This document shows positions 19,722 through 28,787 of a stretch of 53,063 bases of DNA, one piece after another. Below the pieces are notes generated by a model that ran no database searches, had not been told where the DNA came from, and saw only the letters and a list, made by a program, of their open reading frames with translations. Position 1 is the stretch's first letter; every line of letters begins with the position of its first letter. Location: the NCBI GenBank assembly GCA_947501605.1, contig CANMWZ010000028.1, forward strand, positions 1 through 53,063, read 5' to 3'. The DNA comes from Planctomycetota bacterium. Lineage in GTDB: Bacteria > Planctomycetota > UBA1135 > UBA2386. Made by a program: the position numbers and the translations under genes.

Positions 19722-20750
19722 ATGCTCGCCGCTGCGCTCGCTTGGTTCGTTCTCGCCACCCCACAACAGCCACGCTTCGTGCTCGCACCGGGGTCGCCGG
19801 TCGTGGTCAACCTGGAGGTGGGACGGCCTGAGCTCTTGGACTTCGATCGCGACTCCGACCTCGATGTCGTGTTGGCCGGCGGTGGCGACGACCACAACGG
19901 GCACGCAGGCTTCGTCCTCGTCCTGTGCAACGATGGCACGGGGCGCCTCGCAGCAGAGGCGATCCGCCATCCCATTCCGGCCTCGGCGCGCAAGCTCGCC
20001 GTTGGCGATCTCGACGGCGACGGCTACCACGACATCGTCGTTGCCGATCACGATAGCTATGACGTGATCGCCTTGCACAACGACGGCGGCAAGGGCCTCG
20101 TGCCGTTCGCGGGTTCGCCGTTCCAGAGCCTGCGCGGCAGTCGTCCGCACACGCACGACGTGGTCCTGGCGGATCTCGACGGCGACACGCGGCTCGACGC
20201 GCTCACGAGCAACGTCGCCGACTGTGCCATCGCGGTACTCCGCGGCGACGGCAAGGGCGGTTTCACCGAGGCCGCAGGCTCGCCCTTCGTGACGCCATGG
20301 CGGCATCCGTACGACGCGTTGGCGCTCGGCGACTTCGACCGCGACGGCCACACCGACGTCGCGTCGCCGATGCTCCGCGATGCTTGCATCGGCTGGCTAC
20401 CGGGCGATGGCAAAGGCGCCCTGCGGCTTCACCCGAGCCGCTCGGTGCGCGTAGCGGAACGGCCCGGTTACTTGGTCGCGGGCGATCTCGATCGCGACTC
20501 GGACCTCGACCTCGTCGCGTCCCATGACGACAGCGGCGTGATCGACATCTTGACCAACGATGGCAAGGGCGGGTTTGCCGAACTGCAGCGACTGGAGGCA
20601 GGCAAGGCCGCCAGCTATGTCGTCATCGGCGATCTCGATGGCGACTTGCGCCTCGATGTCGTCGTCACCTGCTGCGACCGAGGCGAGACGTGGGTCTACG
20701 TGCAGCCGCAGACGACCATCGCCCACCCACGCACTTCGCCCCGTCACTGA
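19722..20750 (+). CDS. Secreted FG-GAP/VCBS repeat beta-propeller protein
   Basis: Six D[FL]DxDxxxD repeats; short signal peptide. Confidence 0.85.
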   Translation: MLAAALAWFVLATPQQPRFVLAPGSPVVVNLEVGRPELLDFDRDSDLDVVLAGGGDDHNGHAGFVLVLCNDGTGRLAAEAIRHPIPASARKLAVGDLDGDGYHDIVVADHDSYDVIALHNDGGKGLVPFAGSPFQSLRGSRPHTHDVVLADLDGDTRLDALTSNVADCAIAVLRGDGKGGFTEAAGSPFVTPWRHPYDALALGDFDRDGHTDVASPMLRDACIGWLPGDGKGALRLHPSRSVRVAERPGYLVAGDLDRDSDLDLVASHDDSGVIDILTNDGKGGFAELQRLEAGKAASYVVIGDLDGDLRLDVVVTCCDRGETWVYVQPQTTIAHPRTSPRH

Positions 20751-20815
20751 ACCACTCGGCGCGGGCTCCGTTGCGGCATGGTCCCCTACTCTTCTACAGC
20801 TACGGATGTCGTTCG

Positions 20816-21952
20816 ATGGCGTGTTCCCCCGTCCTGCGGCTCGCCCTGTGCGCAGCCGTCTGCACCGCCGCCTGCAGCACGAAAGAACCCGCGGCGACAC
20901 CGCCTACGGTTGCCGTCGCGACCGATCCAAGACTCACGATTGACCAAGCCCTGACGTGGCTCGCAGCGCATCAGGACGAAGACGGCCGCTTCGACGTCGA
21001 TGGCTTCATGAAGCACGACCCAGATGGCGCAAGATGCGATGGCGCTGGCAATGGCGTCCACGACGTCGGCGCGACCGGCCTCGCGATGCTGGCGATGCTG
21101 AGCAGCGGCAGCACACTGCGAGCCGGGCCGTTCAAGATGCCGCTGACCAGAGCGATGCAGTGGCTGCGCCAGCAACAGCAGGAGAACGGGCGCTTTGGCA
21201 CCGCAACCTCGCACGACTTCGTCTACGGCCACGCGATCGCGACGTTCGCGATGTGCAAAGCCTACGGCTTGTCCAAGTACGAACGGCTGAAGCCGGTTGC
21301 CCAGAAGGCCCTGGGCTATCTAGAAGCGCACCGCAACCCACTCTCCGTGTGGCGCTACCAACCGCGCGACAACGACAACGACACTTCCGTGACGACCTGG
21401 GCACTGTTCGCATTGACCTCAGGCAAACAATTCGGTCTCGACGTCAATGCCGACGCGCTGAAGTTCGTGAGCGCCTGGTACGACCAGGTCACAGACGAGA
21501 CCGGCAAGGCTGGCTACACCAAGTCCGGCGAGATGAGCTCTCGCCACGTTGGCGACCACGCCGAACGCTTCCCGCCGGAGCGCGGCGAGGCGATGACCGC
21601 CGCCGCACTCGCGGGACGGTTCGTTCTGGGCCAGACGCCGAAGACTTCTCCGGTGATGCAATTGGCGGCCGCCCGCCTCGCCGAGAAGCCGCCGCAATGG
21701 AAGGCCGACCGCATCGACGCCTACTACTGGTACATGGGCACGATGGCGATGTGGCAGATGGGCGGCGAGTCGTGGGCCAAGTGGCAGAAAGGCCTTGCCG
21801 AGATCGGCAACGCCCAGCGGCGGGACGGCAGCTTTGCCGGGTCGTGGGATCCGGTCGGGGTCTGGGACGAAGACGGCGGGCGCATCTACGCCACCGCGCT
21901 CCACGCCATGACCCTGCAGCTCGCGCACCGCTACACCAAGCTCACGCGCTGA
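20816..21952 (+). CDS. Prenyltransferase/squalene-cyclase-repeat (alpha/alpha barrel) lipoprotein
   Basis: Lipobox TAAC; ALTWLAAHQDEDGRF, WLRQQQQENGRF, WRYQP...DTSVTTW, YYWYMGT, GSWDP..W...GGRIYATA. Confidence 0.85.
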   Translation: MACSPVLRLALCAAVCTAACSTKEPAATPPTVAVATDPRLTIDQALTWLAAHQDEDGRFDVDGFMKHDPDGARCDGAGNGVHDVGATGLAMLAMLSSGSTLRAGPFKMPLTRAMQWLRQQQQENGRFGTATSHDFVYGHAIATFAMCKAYGLSKYERLKPVAQKALGYLEAHRNPLSVWRYQPRDNDNDTSVTTWALFALTSGKQFGLDVNADALKFVSAWYDQVTDETGKAGYTKSGEMSSRHVGDHAERFPPERGEAMTAAALAGRFVLGQTPKTSPVMQLAAARLAEKPPQWKADRIDAYYWYMGTMAMWQMGGESWAKWQKGLAEIGNAQRRDGSFAGSWDPVGVWDEDGGRIYATALHAMTLQLAHRYTKLTR

Positions 21953-21970
21953 CGCGGCCAGGCGACGCCG

Positions 21971-22714
21971 TCACTGCAGCACGAAGCCGGTGCCCGCCAC
22001 GTAGCGCAACAACTGCAGTTCCTTGCCGGTGGCACCCTCGACCACGCGGCACTCGTCGAGCACCCCGTCGCGATCGACATCGATCCAACGAGATTCCAGC
22101 GGGCCGCGGTACTCGATCACCGACTCGAAGCGCAGGTCGTCGTCGTCGTCGGTGGCCACAATTCGATCGTCGCCACTGCAGAACTGCGTGCTCTTCTCGT
22201 AGTGCCCGTTGCGATCGCGGTCGATGCAGTCGGCGATCACGACACCGTCCGCAGCCCGGATCTGACGCACACCAAAGTCGATGGCCTCGTAACGCAGCAG
22301 CGGGCTCTGCTGCCGTTCGCGAGCTCCGACCTCGCCGCGCCACAGCGACAAGAACAAGAATGCCAACGCGCTGGCCATGACGGTCAGCCACGGGCCGCGT
22401 CGGCCGGCCGGCGGTCGCACCCGCGGCGCCGTCTCCGGATCGGCGGCCGCCAGCGCCTGTGCCGTCAGTTCGGCTTCGTCGACGACGGCATTGGCGAGAA
22501 TCTCGCGCGCGCGCGGCAAACTCGAGGTCGGCACCAAGACACGGATGCTGCCGAGATTCATGATCGCACGGCTGACCGCGATCTCGTCGGCAAGCGTGTC
22601 GCCATCGACGTGCGCCGGAATGCCCTCGGCCTGCAACATGGCGACGAAGATCTTGGCCTGCGCCGGCGATGCTGCAGTGCGGACGACAGAGGCGATCGGT
22701 TGGTTGTTTGGCAT
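21971..22714 (-). CDS. DUF2007-like N-terminal domain + TM + acidic DxDxDG-type repeats
   Basis: [19 protein letters not shown]...IRVLVP...[43 protein letters not shown]. Confidence 0.7.
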   Translation of the reverse strand: MPNNQPIASVVRTAASPAQAKIFVAMLQAEGIPAHVDGDTLADEIAVSRAIMNLGSIRVLVPTSSLPRAREILANAVVDEAELTAQALAAADPETAPRVRPPAGRRGPWLTVMASALAFLFLSLWRGEVGARERQQSPLLRYEAIDFGVRQIRAADGVVIADCIDRDRNGHYEKSTQFCSGDDRIVATDDDDDLRFESVIEYRGPLESRWIDVDRDGVLDECRVVEGATGKELQLLRYVAGTGFVLQ

Positions 22715-22775
22715 GGTCAGCTCGCCGCCAGCGAATCGCTCGATCGGCGGTATGCAGGAGTCTAGGGACAACGCT

Positions 22776-22804
22776 GTCGGCGAGGTACCCTCCGCCTCGC
22801 CGAC
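22776..22804. promoter_or_regulatory. Perfect 10-bp inverted repeat in divergent promoter region upstream of xylA
   Basis: gtcggcgagg-N9-cctcgccgac; function not determined. Confidence 0.35.
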
Positions 22805-22983
22805 CACCGGTCGCCGCTACGGTCGACGCCGCGAGCGCAGCCGCGACGTCCAGGCTTCCGGCGCTGACGCGCTGCCCATGGAGTGCGAGGAACCGATCGT
22901 CGAGCTCCGAAGCGATGGTATGTTCGGGCGGCGCGACCTGCCGAGACAAGCACACGCCCTCCCCGCTGACGAAGACGTTCACG

Positions 22984-24159
22984 ATGCCAACAGAAGGAAC
23001 CCACTCCCCCGTCGACAAGTTCACCTTCGGTCTCTGGACCGTCGGCTGGCAAGCGCGCGACCCCTTTGGTGACGCGACCCGCGCCGCCATCGATCCGGTC
23101 GAGATCGTCACCCGACTTGCCGAACTCGGCGCCTACGGCGTCACCTTCCACGACGACGACCTGATCCCGTTCGGCAGCGACGACACGACGCGTCGACGAC
23201 ACATCGATCGCTTCAAGACGGCGCTTGCACAGACCGGCATGAAGGTGCCGATGGCAACCACCAACTTGTTCACGCACCCGGTGTTCAAAGACGGGGCGTT
23301 CACCAGCAACGACCGTGCGGTGCGGCGCTTCGCCCTGCGCAAGGTGATGCGCAACCTCGACCTCGCCGCCGAACTCGGAGCGGAGACCTACGTGTTTTGG
23401 GGCGGGCGCGAAGGCTCCGAGTACGACGGCGCCAAGGACGTGCGCACCGCACTGGATCGCTTCCGCGAAGCACTCAACACGCTGACCACCTACTGCAAGG
23501 ACCGCAGATACGCGATCCGCTTCGCGCTCGAGCCCAAGCCAAACGAACCGCGCGGCGACATCCTGCTACCGACGATCGGGCACGCGCTCGCGTTCCTCGG
23601 CACGCTGCAGCACAGCGAGATGGTCGGACTCAACCCGGAGGTCGGACACGAGCAGATGGCAGGCCTCAACTTCGTGCACGGCATCGCGCAGGCCCTGTGG
23701 CACGGCAAGCTGTTCCACATCGACCTCAACGGCCAGCGCGGCATCAAGTACGACCAGGATCTCGTGTTCGGACACGGCGATCTGACCTCCGCCTTCTTTC
23801 TGGTCGATCTGCTCGAGTCCTCGGGCTACGCCGGTCCGCGCCACTTCGACTACAAGCCATCGCGCACCGAAGACCTCGCCGGCGTCTGGATCTCGGCGGC
23901 GGCCAACATGCGCATGTATCGCTTGCTGCGCGAACGCGCCGCCAGGTTTCGCGCCGACCCCGAGGTCAAGGCCGCGATGCACGAGGCGCGCATCGGCGAA
24001 CTGTCGCAGCCGACTCTTGGCGCCAAGGAGTCGATCGCGGACCTGCTTCAGGATCGCAGCGCGTTCGAGACCTTTGACGCCAATGCCGTGGGCACGCGTG
24101 GCTGCGGCTACGTCAGGCTCAACCAGTTGGCGCTCGAACACCTGCTCGGCGCACGCTGA
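22984..24159 (+). CDS. xylA: Xylose isomerase (short class I, Streptomyces/Actinoplanes-like), 391 aa
   Basis: [70 protein letters not shown]. Confidence 0.95.
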   Translation: MPTEGTHSPVDKFTFGLWTVGWQARDPFGDATRAAIDPVEIVTRLAELGAYGVTFHDDDLIPFGSDDTTRRRHIDRFKTALAQTGMKVPMATTNLFTHPVFKDGAFTSNDRAVRRFALRKVMRNLDLAAELGAETYVFWGGREGSEYDGAKDVRTALDRFREALNTLTTYCKDRRYAIRFALEPKPNEPRGDILLPTIGHALAFLGTLQHSEMVGLNPEVGHEQMAGLNFVHGIAQALWHGKLFHIDLNGQRGIKYDQDLVFGHGDLTSAFFLVDLLESSGYAGPRHFDYKPSRTEDLAGVWISAAANMRMYRLLRERAARFRADPEVKAAMHEARIGELSQPTLGAKESIADLLQDRSAFETFDANAVGTRGCGYVRLNQLALEHLLGAR

Positions 24160-24162
24160 TTT

Positions 24163-24250
24163 GCGGATTGCCGGCTCGGCGCACGCGGATTGCCGGCTCG
24201 GCGCACGCGGATCCCCGGCTCGGCGCACGCGGATCCCCGACTCGGCCCGC
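24163..24250. repeat. 22-bp tandem repeat x4 (GCGGATTGCCGGCTCGGCGCAC and variants)
   Basis: Units start at 24163, 24185, 24207 and 24229 with progressive divergence; a partial unit overlaps the xylA 3' end. Confidence 0.9.
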
Positions 24251-24257
24251 CGACGCA

Positions 24258-24737
24258 CTACTTGGCCACAGTCATGAGCGCGGCCTTCACCGCCTCCACG
24301 CGCGCAGCGTAGGCCGCGCCGCGGGCGGCGAACTCCACCACTTGGACGTAGGCGCTGCCGAGCCCGAGGAAGCCGCCTTGTCGCGACCACATTGCCGCGA
24401 GGTACTCGACCCGCTCGCCGCGCACGTTGGCCGTGAACTCGATCCACTGACCCATGACCCCGGCCGAGTCGGCGACCTCGCCCTTCGCGACCTCGACGTA
24501 GCCGCGCTGCTCGACAAAGTCATTGCGCCTCGCCGCCACCCAGAACTGGGCGTTCGAACCCATGGTCGGGTCGTCGACATCGCGCACGCGGAGCACGGCT
24601 TCGTCGGCCGTGGCTGCCAAGAACTCGCCGCCCGATGCGCGCTGCGCCGCGAACTCGGACGGCAGTTGGATCGGCGCGACACAGCTCGCAAATAGGACCA
24701 ACCCCAGCAGCGCGGCGCCGCGCGTGAACGTGCCCAT
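24258..24737 (-). CDS. Hypothetical lipoprotein
   Basis: Lipobox FASC after a hydrophobic stretch; starts 1 nt after the DUF4349 gene stop. Confidence 0.7.
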   Translation of the reverse strand: MGTFTRGAALLGLVLFASCVAPIQLPSEFAAQRASGGEFLAATADEAVLRVRDVDDPTMGSNAQFWVAARRNDFVEQRGYVEVAKGEVADSAGVMGQWIEFTANVRGERVEYLAAMWSRQGGFLGLGSAYVQVVEFAARGAAYAARVEAVKAALMTVAK

Positions 24738-24738
24738 C

Positions 24739-25503
24739 TCAGTTGCCCTCCAGCAGGGATTCAGGACCAGCCTCGTTGATCCAGGCGTAGCGACTGCGCT
24801 GCCGCGTGCGTTTCTGCGGTGGCGGCGGCTCGCTCTTGGGCACGAACGTCGCCTGCAGCGTCGCCATCGCGACTTGGTCGGCGAGGAACTTCGCTCGGCC
24901 CTCCATGCGCTCGATCTCCTCGGTCAATCGGCGCAACTCGACCTCGACGCGCAGGATGTCGTCGACCTTCTCGGCCTTTTGCAGCACTTCGAGCAGCCGC
25001 TCGCGCGCTTTGCGTGCTGTGTCGAGCCGGATGCCGAGGTCTTGGAACTCCTCGGTCACGTCGCTGGCCTCGCGCGACTCGTCGAGCACGCGACCCATCG
25101 CGCGCAGTGCGGCGAAGGCCTCGTCGAACCGAGCCGCTGGCACTCGCACCGTGAGAGTCCGACCGCTCTGTTGCGCGAGGTAGCCGCCGAACCCCTTCAC
25201 CGCTTCGAGGAAGGCGCGACTGCTGTCGTCTGGATGCACGACTTCGATCCGCATCTGCCCACGCTGGATCAGCATGCGCTCTGGCGCGGCGTTCTCGGCC
25301 GGTCGCGCGCCACTCTTGGTCCCAGGATTGGTGGCGATGTCACCCTGCACATCCTCCGCGAGCACGGTGAGCAGACCGCTGCCGTCGCTGGTCTCCGCTG
25401 CCGGTGACAAGTAGCCGCTGCCCGCCTGACACCCAGCCAGAACGAACAGGGCAAGGACCAAGAACCGAACGACGACAGACTGCGGCATGGGCACGATCTC
25501 CAT
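24739..25503 (-). CDS. DUF4349 domain lipoprotein
   Basis: LAGC lipobox; TLTVRVPAARFD, DVTEEFQDL..RL, KAEKVDDILRVE.EL..L..EIE.MEG. Confidence 0.85.
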   Translation of the reverse strand: MEIVPMPQSVVVRFLVLALFVLAGCQAGSGYLSPAAETSDGSGLLTVLAEDVQGDIATNPGTKSGARPAENAAPERMLIQRGQMRIEVVHPDDSSRAFLEAVKGFGGYLAQQSGRTLTVRVPAARFDEAFAALRAMGRVLDESREASDVTEEFQDLGIRLDTARKARERLLEVLQKAEKVDDILRVEVELRRLTEEIERMEGRAKFLADQVAMATLQATFVPKSEPPPPQKRTRQRSRYAWINEAGPESLLEGN

Positions 25504-25595
25504 CGCCGGTGCACCGGCGAGTGGAGGACTCTACCTGGGGAGCAAGCGGAGAGAATAGTCGCCAGCGCCGGCGGGTCCTGTTCTCGCGCGCGGTC

Positions 25596-26477
25596 CTACT
25601 TGCCGCTGTCCGGCGACTTCGCGCTCCTCGACCGTGCTCCCTTCGTCGTCCCCGGCTTCGCAGCCGGCGACTGCGCCGACTCGGGAGCGGTCGTCGCCGC
25701 CTGCTGCTTTTCTTCGGCGTCGCCTTCGACCGTGCGCGGGCTGATCTCAGCGCCGTGCGAGAGCGCGTCGATCCAGCGCGCAACGCCAACGTCGCCCTCG
25801 TTGTTCGCGAGCCACTCGCGCAGGCATGCAATCGCTTGGTCGCGCTCGCCCAGCATCAGATGGGCGAGGCCGATGCCGCGCAGAGCAACGCCATGGCCGT
25901 GCTCGTGGGCAAGGCGCAAGTGCGGCAGCGCTTCCTTGGCGCCACCGCGGATGCCGACCAGGTGCATACCGAAGTGCAGGTGCGCGTCATGGTGCTTTGG
26001 ATCGGCCTTCAGAATCCGTTCGAAGTACGACCGCGCCCGCTTGGTCGAACCAACCACTTCGAGGTTGTGGCCTACGGCCTCCAACTGGCCGGCGAGCACC
26101 AGGATGGGCAAATCCTCACCCTGCGCGGCTTCGCCAATCGCGATGGCGAGGACCTCCGAGAGCGCCTCGACCTCGCCAACGGCAATCGCCTTCTCGGCGT
26201 CGTCACCAAAGGAAGTCGGATAACTGCGCGCATGCGCGAACAAGTCGTCGACCACTGCTTCTAGCAAGGCGCCATCGATCCGGAACGCGTGCTCGTCGCC
26301 GTTGCCGGCGAGTTTGACCACGGCGGCGAGGTCGTGGCCCCGGTAGGGAACGTAGGCGTGAGGGTTGGCGCGCGGTGCCGCCTTCGCCTTCGGCGCGAGT
26401 GCTGGCTCCGACTCCTGGGAGCAGGCGATTCCGGCACTGGCGACAACGACGAAGAGGGGCACGAGCAAGCGGGGCAT
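25596..26477 (-). CDS. TPR-repeat lipoprotein
   Basis: IACS lipobox; TPR-like helices (ARSYFERILKADPKHHDAH; GLAHLMLGERDQAIACL); GGAGG upstream of ATG 26477. Confidence 0.7.
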   Translation of the reverse strand: MPRLLVPLFVVVASAGIACSQESEPALAPKAKAAPRANPHAYVPYRGHDLAAVVKLAGNGDEHAFRIDGALLEAVVDDLFAHARSYPTSFGDDAEKAIAVGEVEALSEVLAIAIGEAAQGEDLPILVLAGQLEAVGHNLEVVGSTKRARSYFERILKADPKHHDAHLHFGMHLVGIRGGAKEALPHLRLAHEHGHGVALRGIGLAHLMLGERDQAIACLREWLANNEGDVGVARWIDALSHGAEISPRTVEGDAEEKQQAATTAPESAQSPAAKPGTTKGARSRSAKSPDSGK

Positions 26478-26724
26478 GGTGCATCCTCCATACCGCATCC
26501 CCGCAAGAGACGCCCGCACCAGACGCAGCGCATGGCACGGGTCGGCGGAGCGGCACTGGGTCGCGCGGTTCTAGCTTGGCGGCCTCGGACCACCCGACTT
26601 CCCCGCGGCCGACCAACCATCGCCAGGCCAGCGCCCGCCGATCGCGCATCTCTCCGATGCCGGGGCAGGAGACCGACGTCGACATCGGCTACAACATCGC
26701 GCCCTCCCTCCCCGCCCCGCGCGC

Positions 26725-27252
26725 ATGCAACCCAGTGCCCACAGCGGCCTAGCCGTCGCCGCCACGCCCGCCCAACTCGCCGTCGTCGACGCCGCACTCG
26801 CGCGACTTCGCGATCTTCCGGGCGCGCTGCTGCCCATCTTCCACGCGATCCAGGACGAACTCGGCTTCGTGCCAACCGACAGCCTGCCGCGGATCGCCGA
26901 GGCGCTCAACCTGTCGCGCGCCGAGGTCCATGGTGTGCTGACCTTCTACCACGACTTCCGCACCAGCCCGCCCGCACCCACGGTCGTCAAACTCTGCCGC
27001 GCCGAAGCGTGTCAGGCGGTCGGTTGCCGGTCTCTGGAAGCGCACCTGCACCAAGCCCACGGCGCTGCCATGGGCAGCACCACGCACTGCGGCGCGTTGA
27101 CGCTCGAGCCGGTGTACTGCCTGGGCAACTGTGCCCTCGGCCCGTCGGCGCTGGTCGACGGCAAACTGGTCGCGCGCCTGACGACCCAGCGACTCGACGC
27201 CATCGTCGCCGCCGCCAAGCAGAAGGCCGCGGCGCCTGGAGGCCGCTCATGA
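26725..27252 (+). CDS. fdsG: NAD-dependent formate dehydrogenase gamma subunit (NuoE-like, 2Fe-2S)
   Basis: GALLPIFHAIQDELGFVP, LNLSRAEVHGVLTFYHDF, CRAEACQA, VYCLGNCALGP. Confidence 0.92.
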   Translation: MQPSAHSGLAVAATPAQLAVVDAALARLRDLPGALLPIFHAIQDELGFVPTDSLPRIAEALNLSRAEVHGVLTFYHDFRTSPPAPTVVKLCRAEACQAVGCRSLEAHLHQAHGAAMGSTTHCGALTLEPVYCLGNCALGPSALVDGKLVARLTTQRLDAIVAAAKQKAAAPGGRS

Positions 27253-28784
27253 CGGTCACGGTCTACGTCCCGCGCGATAGCGCCGCCTTGTCGGTTGGCG
27301 CCGACCTGGTCGCAGAGGCAATCGCAGCGCACGCGGCCGCAACGAAGCAGAGCGTGCGCATCGTTCGCAACGGTTCGCGCGGCATGCTGTGGCTCGAACC
27401 GTTGGTCGAGGTCGAGACCGCCACCGGCCGCATTGCCTACGGGCCGGTGCAAGCAGAGGACGTGAAGGCACTGTTCGACAGCGGCTTCCTCCACGGCCAA
27501 CCGCACGCCTTGTGCCATGGCAAGACCGAGTCGATCCCGTACTTCCAGAAGCAGACGCGCCTCGTGTTCGCCCGCATCGGTGTGATCGATCCGCTCGACA
27601 CCGCGGCCTACCAAGCGCACGGCGGCTTGATCGGCCTGCAGAAGGCACTCGCGCTTGCACCCATGGCGATCGTCGACGAAGTGATTGCGTCGGGCTTGCG
27701 CGGCCGCGGCGGTGCGGGCTTTCCCGCTGGCATCAAGTGGAAGACGACACTCGGTGTCAACGACAGCCAGAAGTACATCGCCTGCAACGCCGACGAAGGC
27801 GACTCGGGAACCTTCAGCGATCGCATGGGAATCGAAGGGGATCCCTACGCGCTGCTCGAGGGCATGGCCATCGCCGGAATCGCCGTCGGCGCTACGCAAG
27901 GCTACATCTATCTGCGGTCCGAGTACCCCGATGCGAAGGCCGTGCTGCTCGAAGCCATCGCCCGCGCGCGCGCGAGCGGCTGGCTCGGCAGCAACGTACT
28001 TGGCAGCGGCAAGAGCTTTGACGTCCACGTCCGCATCGGCGCCGGGGCCTACATCTGCGGCGAAGAGACCGCGATGCTCGAGAGTCTCGAAGGCAAGCGC
28101 GGTGTCGTGCGCAGCAAGCCGCCGCTACCGGCGATCTCCGGTCTCTGGGGCAAGCCCACCGTCGTCAACAACGTGATGACGCTGATGAGCGTGCCGTGGA
28201 TCCTCGCGCACGGCGGCGCCGCCTACGCCGCGCACGGCATCGGTCGGAGCAAGGGCACGTTGCCGTTCCAACTCGCCGGCAACATCCAACGCGGCGGCCT
28301 CGTCGAGGTGCCCTTCGGCTGCACGCTGAATCAGTTGATCCACGACTTCGGCGGCGGCACCGCGTCGGGGCGCAAGGTCCGCGCCGTCCAAGTCGGCGGC
28401 CCGCTGGGCGCGTATCTGCCGGCAAGCAAGTTGGATCTGCCGCTCGACTACGAGACGTTCGCGCAAGCGGGCGGCATGGTCGGTCACGGCGGCATCGTCG
28501 TGTTCGACGACACGGTCGACATGGCGGAGCAGGCGCGCTACGCGATGGAGTTCTGCAAGATCGAGTCGTGTGGCAAGTGCACGCCGTGTCGCATCGGCAG
28601 CACGCGCGGCGTCGAGGTCGTGGACCGGATTCGCAGCGGCGACCGCCGCGAAGAGAGCACGGCGCTGCTGCGCGATCTGTGCTCGACGATGACGCACGCG
28701 TCGTTGTGCGCGATGGGCGGACTGACACCGATGCCGGTGTTGTCCGCGCTGGATCACTTCCCCGAGGACTTCAGGAAGGGCTGA
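27249..28784 (+). CDS. fdsB: NAD-dependent formate dehydrogenase beta subunit (NuoF-like, FMN/NAD/4Fe-4S)
   Basis: VPRDSAALSVGAD, RNGSRGMLWLEP, SGLRGRGGAGFP, CNADEGDSGTF, YICGEETA, ESCGKCTPCRIG, SLCAMGG; ATGA overlap with fdsG. Confidence 0.93.
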   Translation: MTVTVYVPRDSAALSVGADLVAEAIAAHAAATKQSVRIVRNGSRGMLWLEPLVEVETATGRIAYGPVQAEDVKALFDSGFLHGQPHALCHGKTESIPYFQKQTRLVFARIGVIDPLDTAAYQAHGGLIGLQKALALAPMAIVDEVIASGLRGRGGAGFPAGIKWKTTLGVNDSQKYIACNADEGDSGTFSDRMGIEGDPYALLEGMAIAGIAVGATQGYIYLRSEYPDAKAVLLEAIARARASGWLGSNVLGSGKSFDVHVRIGAGAYICGEETAMLESLEGKRGVVRSKPPLPAISGLWGKPTVVNNVMTLMSVPWILAHGGAAYAAHGIGRSKGTLPFQLAGNIQRGGLVEVPFGCTLNQLIHDFGGGTASGRKVRAVQVGGPLGAYLPASKLDLPLDYETFAQAGGMVGHGGIVVFDDTVDMAEQARYAMEFCKIESCGKCTPCRIGSTRGVEVVDRIRSGDRREESTALLRDLCSTMTHASLCAMGGLTPMPVLSALDHFPEDFRKG

Positions 28785-28787
28785 GCG

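Noticed and set aside
19722..21952. FG-GAP and prenyltransferase-repeat genes as a terpene biosynthesis cluster
   Set aside because: The barrel protein is a single-domain lipoprotein without the DxDD cyclase motif. Both families are abundant, generic planctomycete exported proteins.
24163..24250. Repeat array considered as a mini-CRISPR
   Set aside because: Units are contiguous with no unique spacers, and no cas genes are present.
26478..26724. Moco/Wco riboswitch upstream of fdsG
   Set aside because: I could not find the conserved elements by eye. An Rfam scan would be decisive.
26289..27248. 831-aa ORF suggesting a long N-terminal extension on FdsB
   Set aside because: The extension is Arg/Pro-rich off-frame sequence overlapping fdsG and the TPR gene. 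FdsB homology begins at ATG 27249, which overlaps the fdsG stop.
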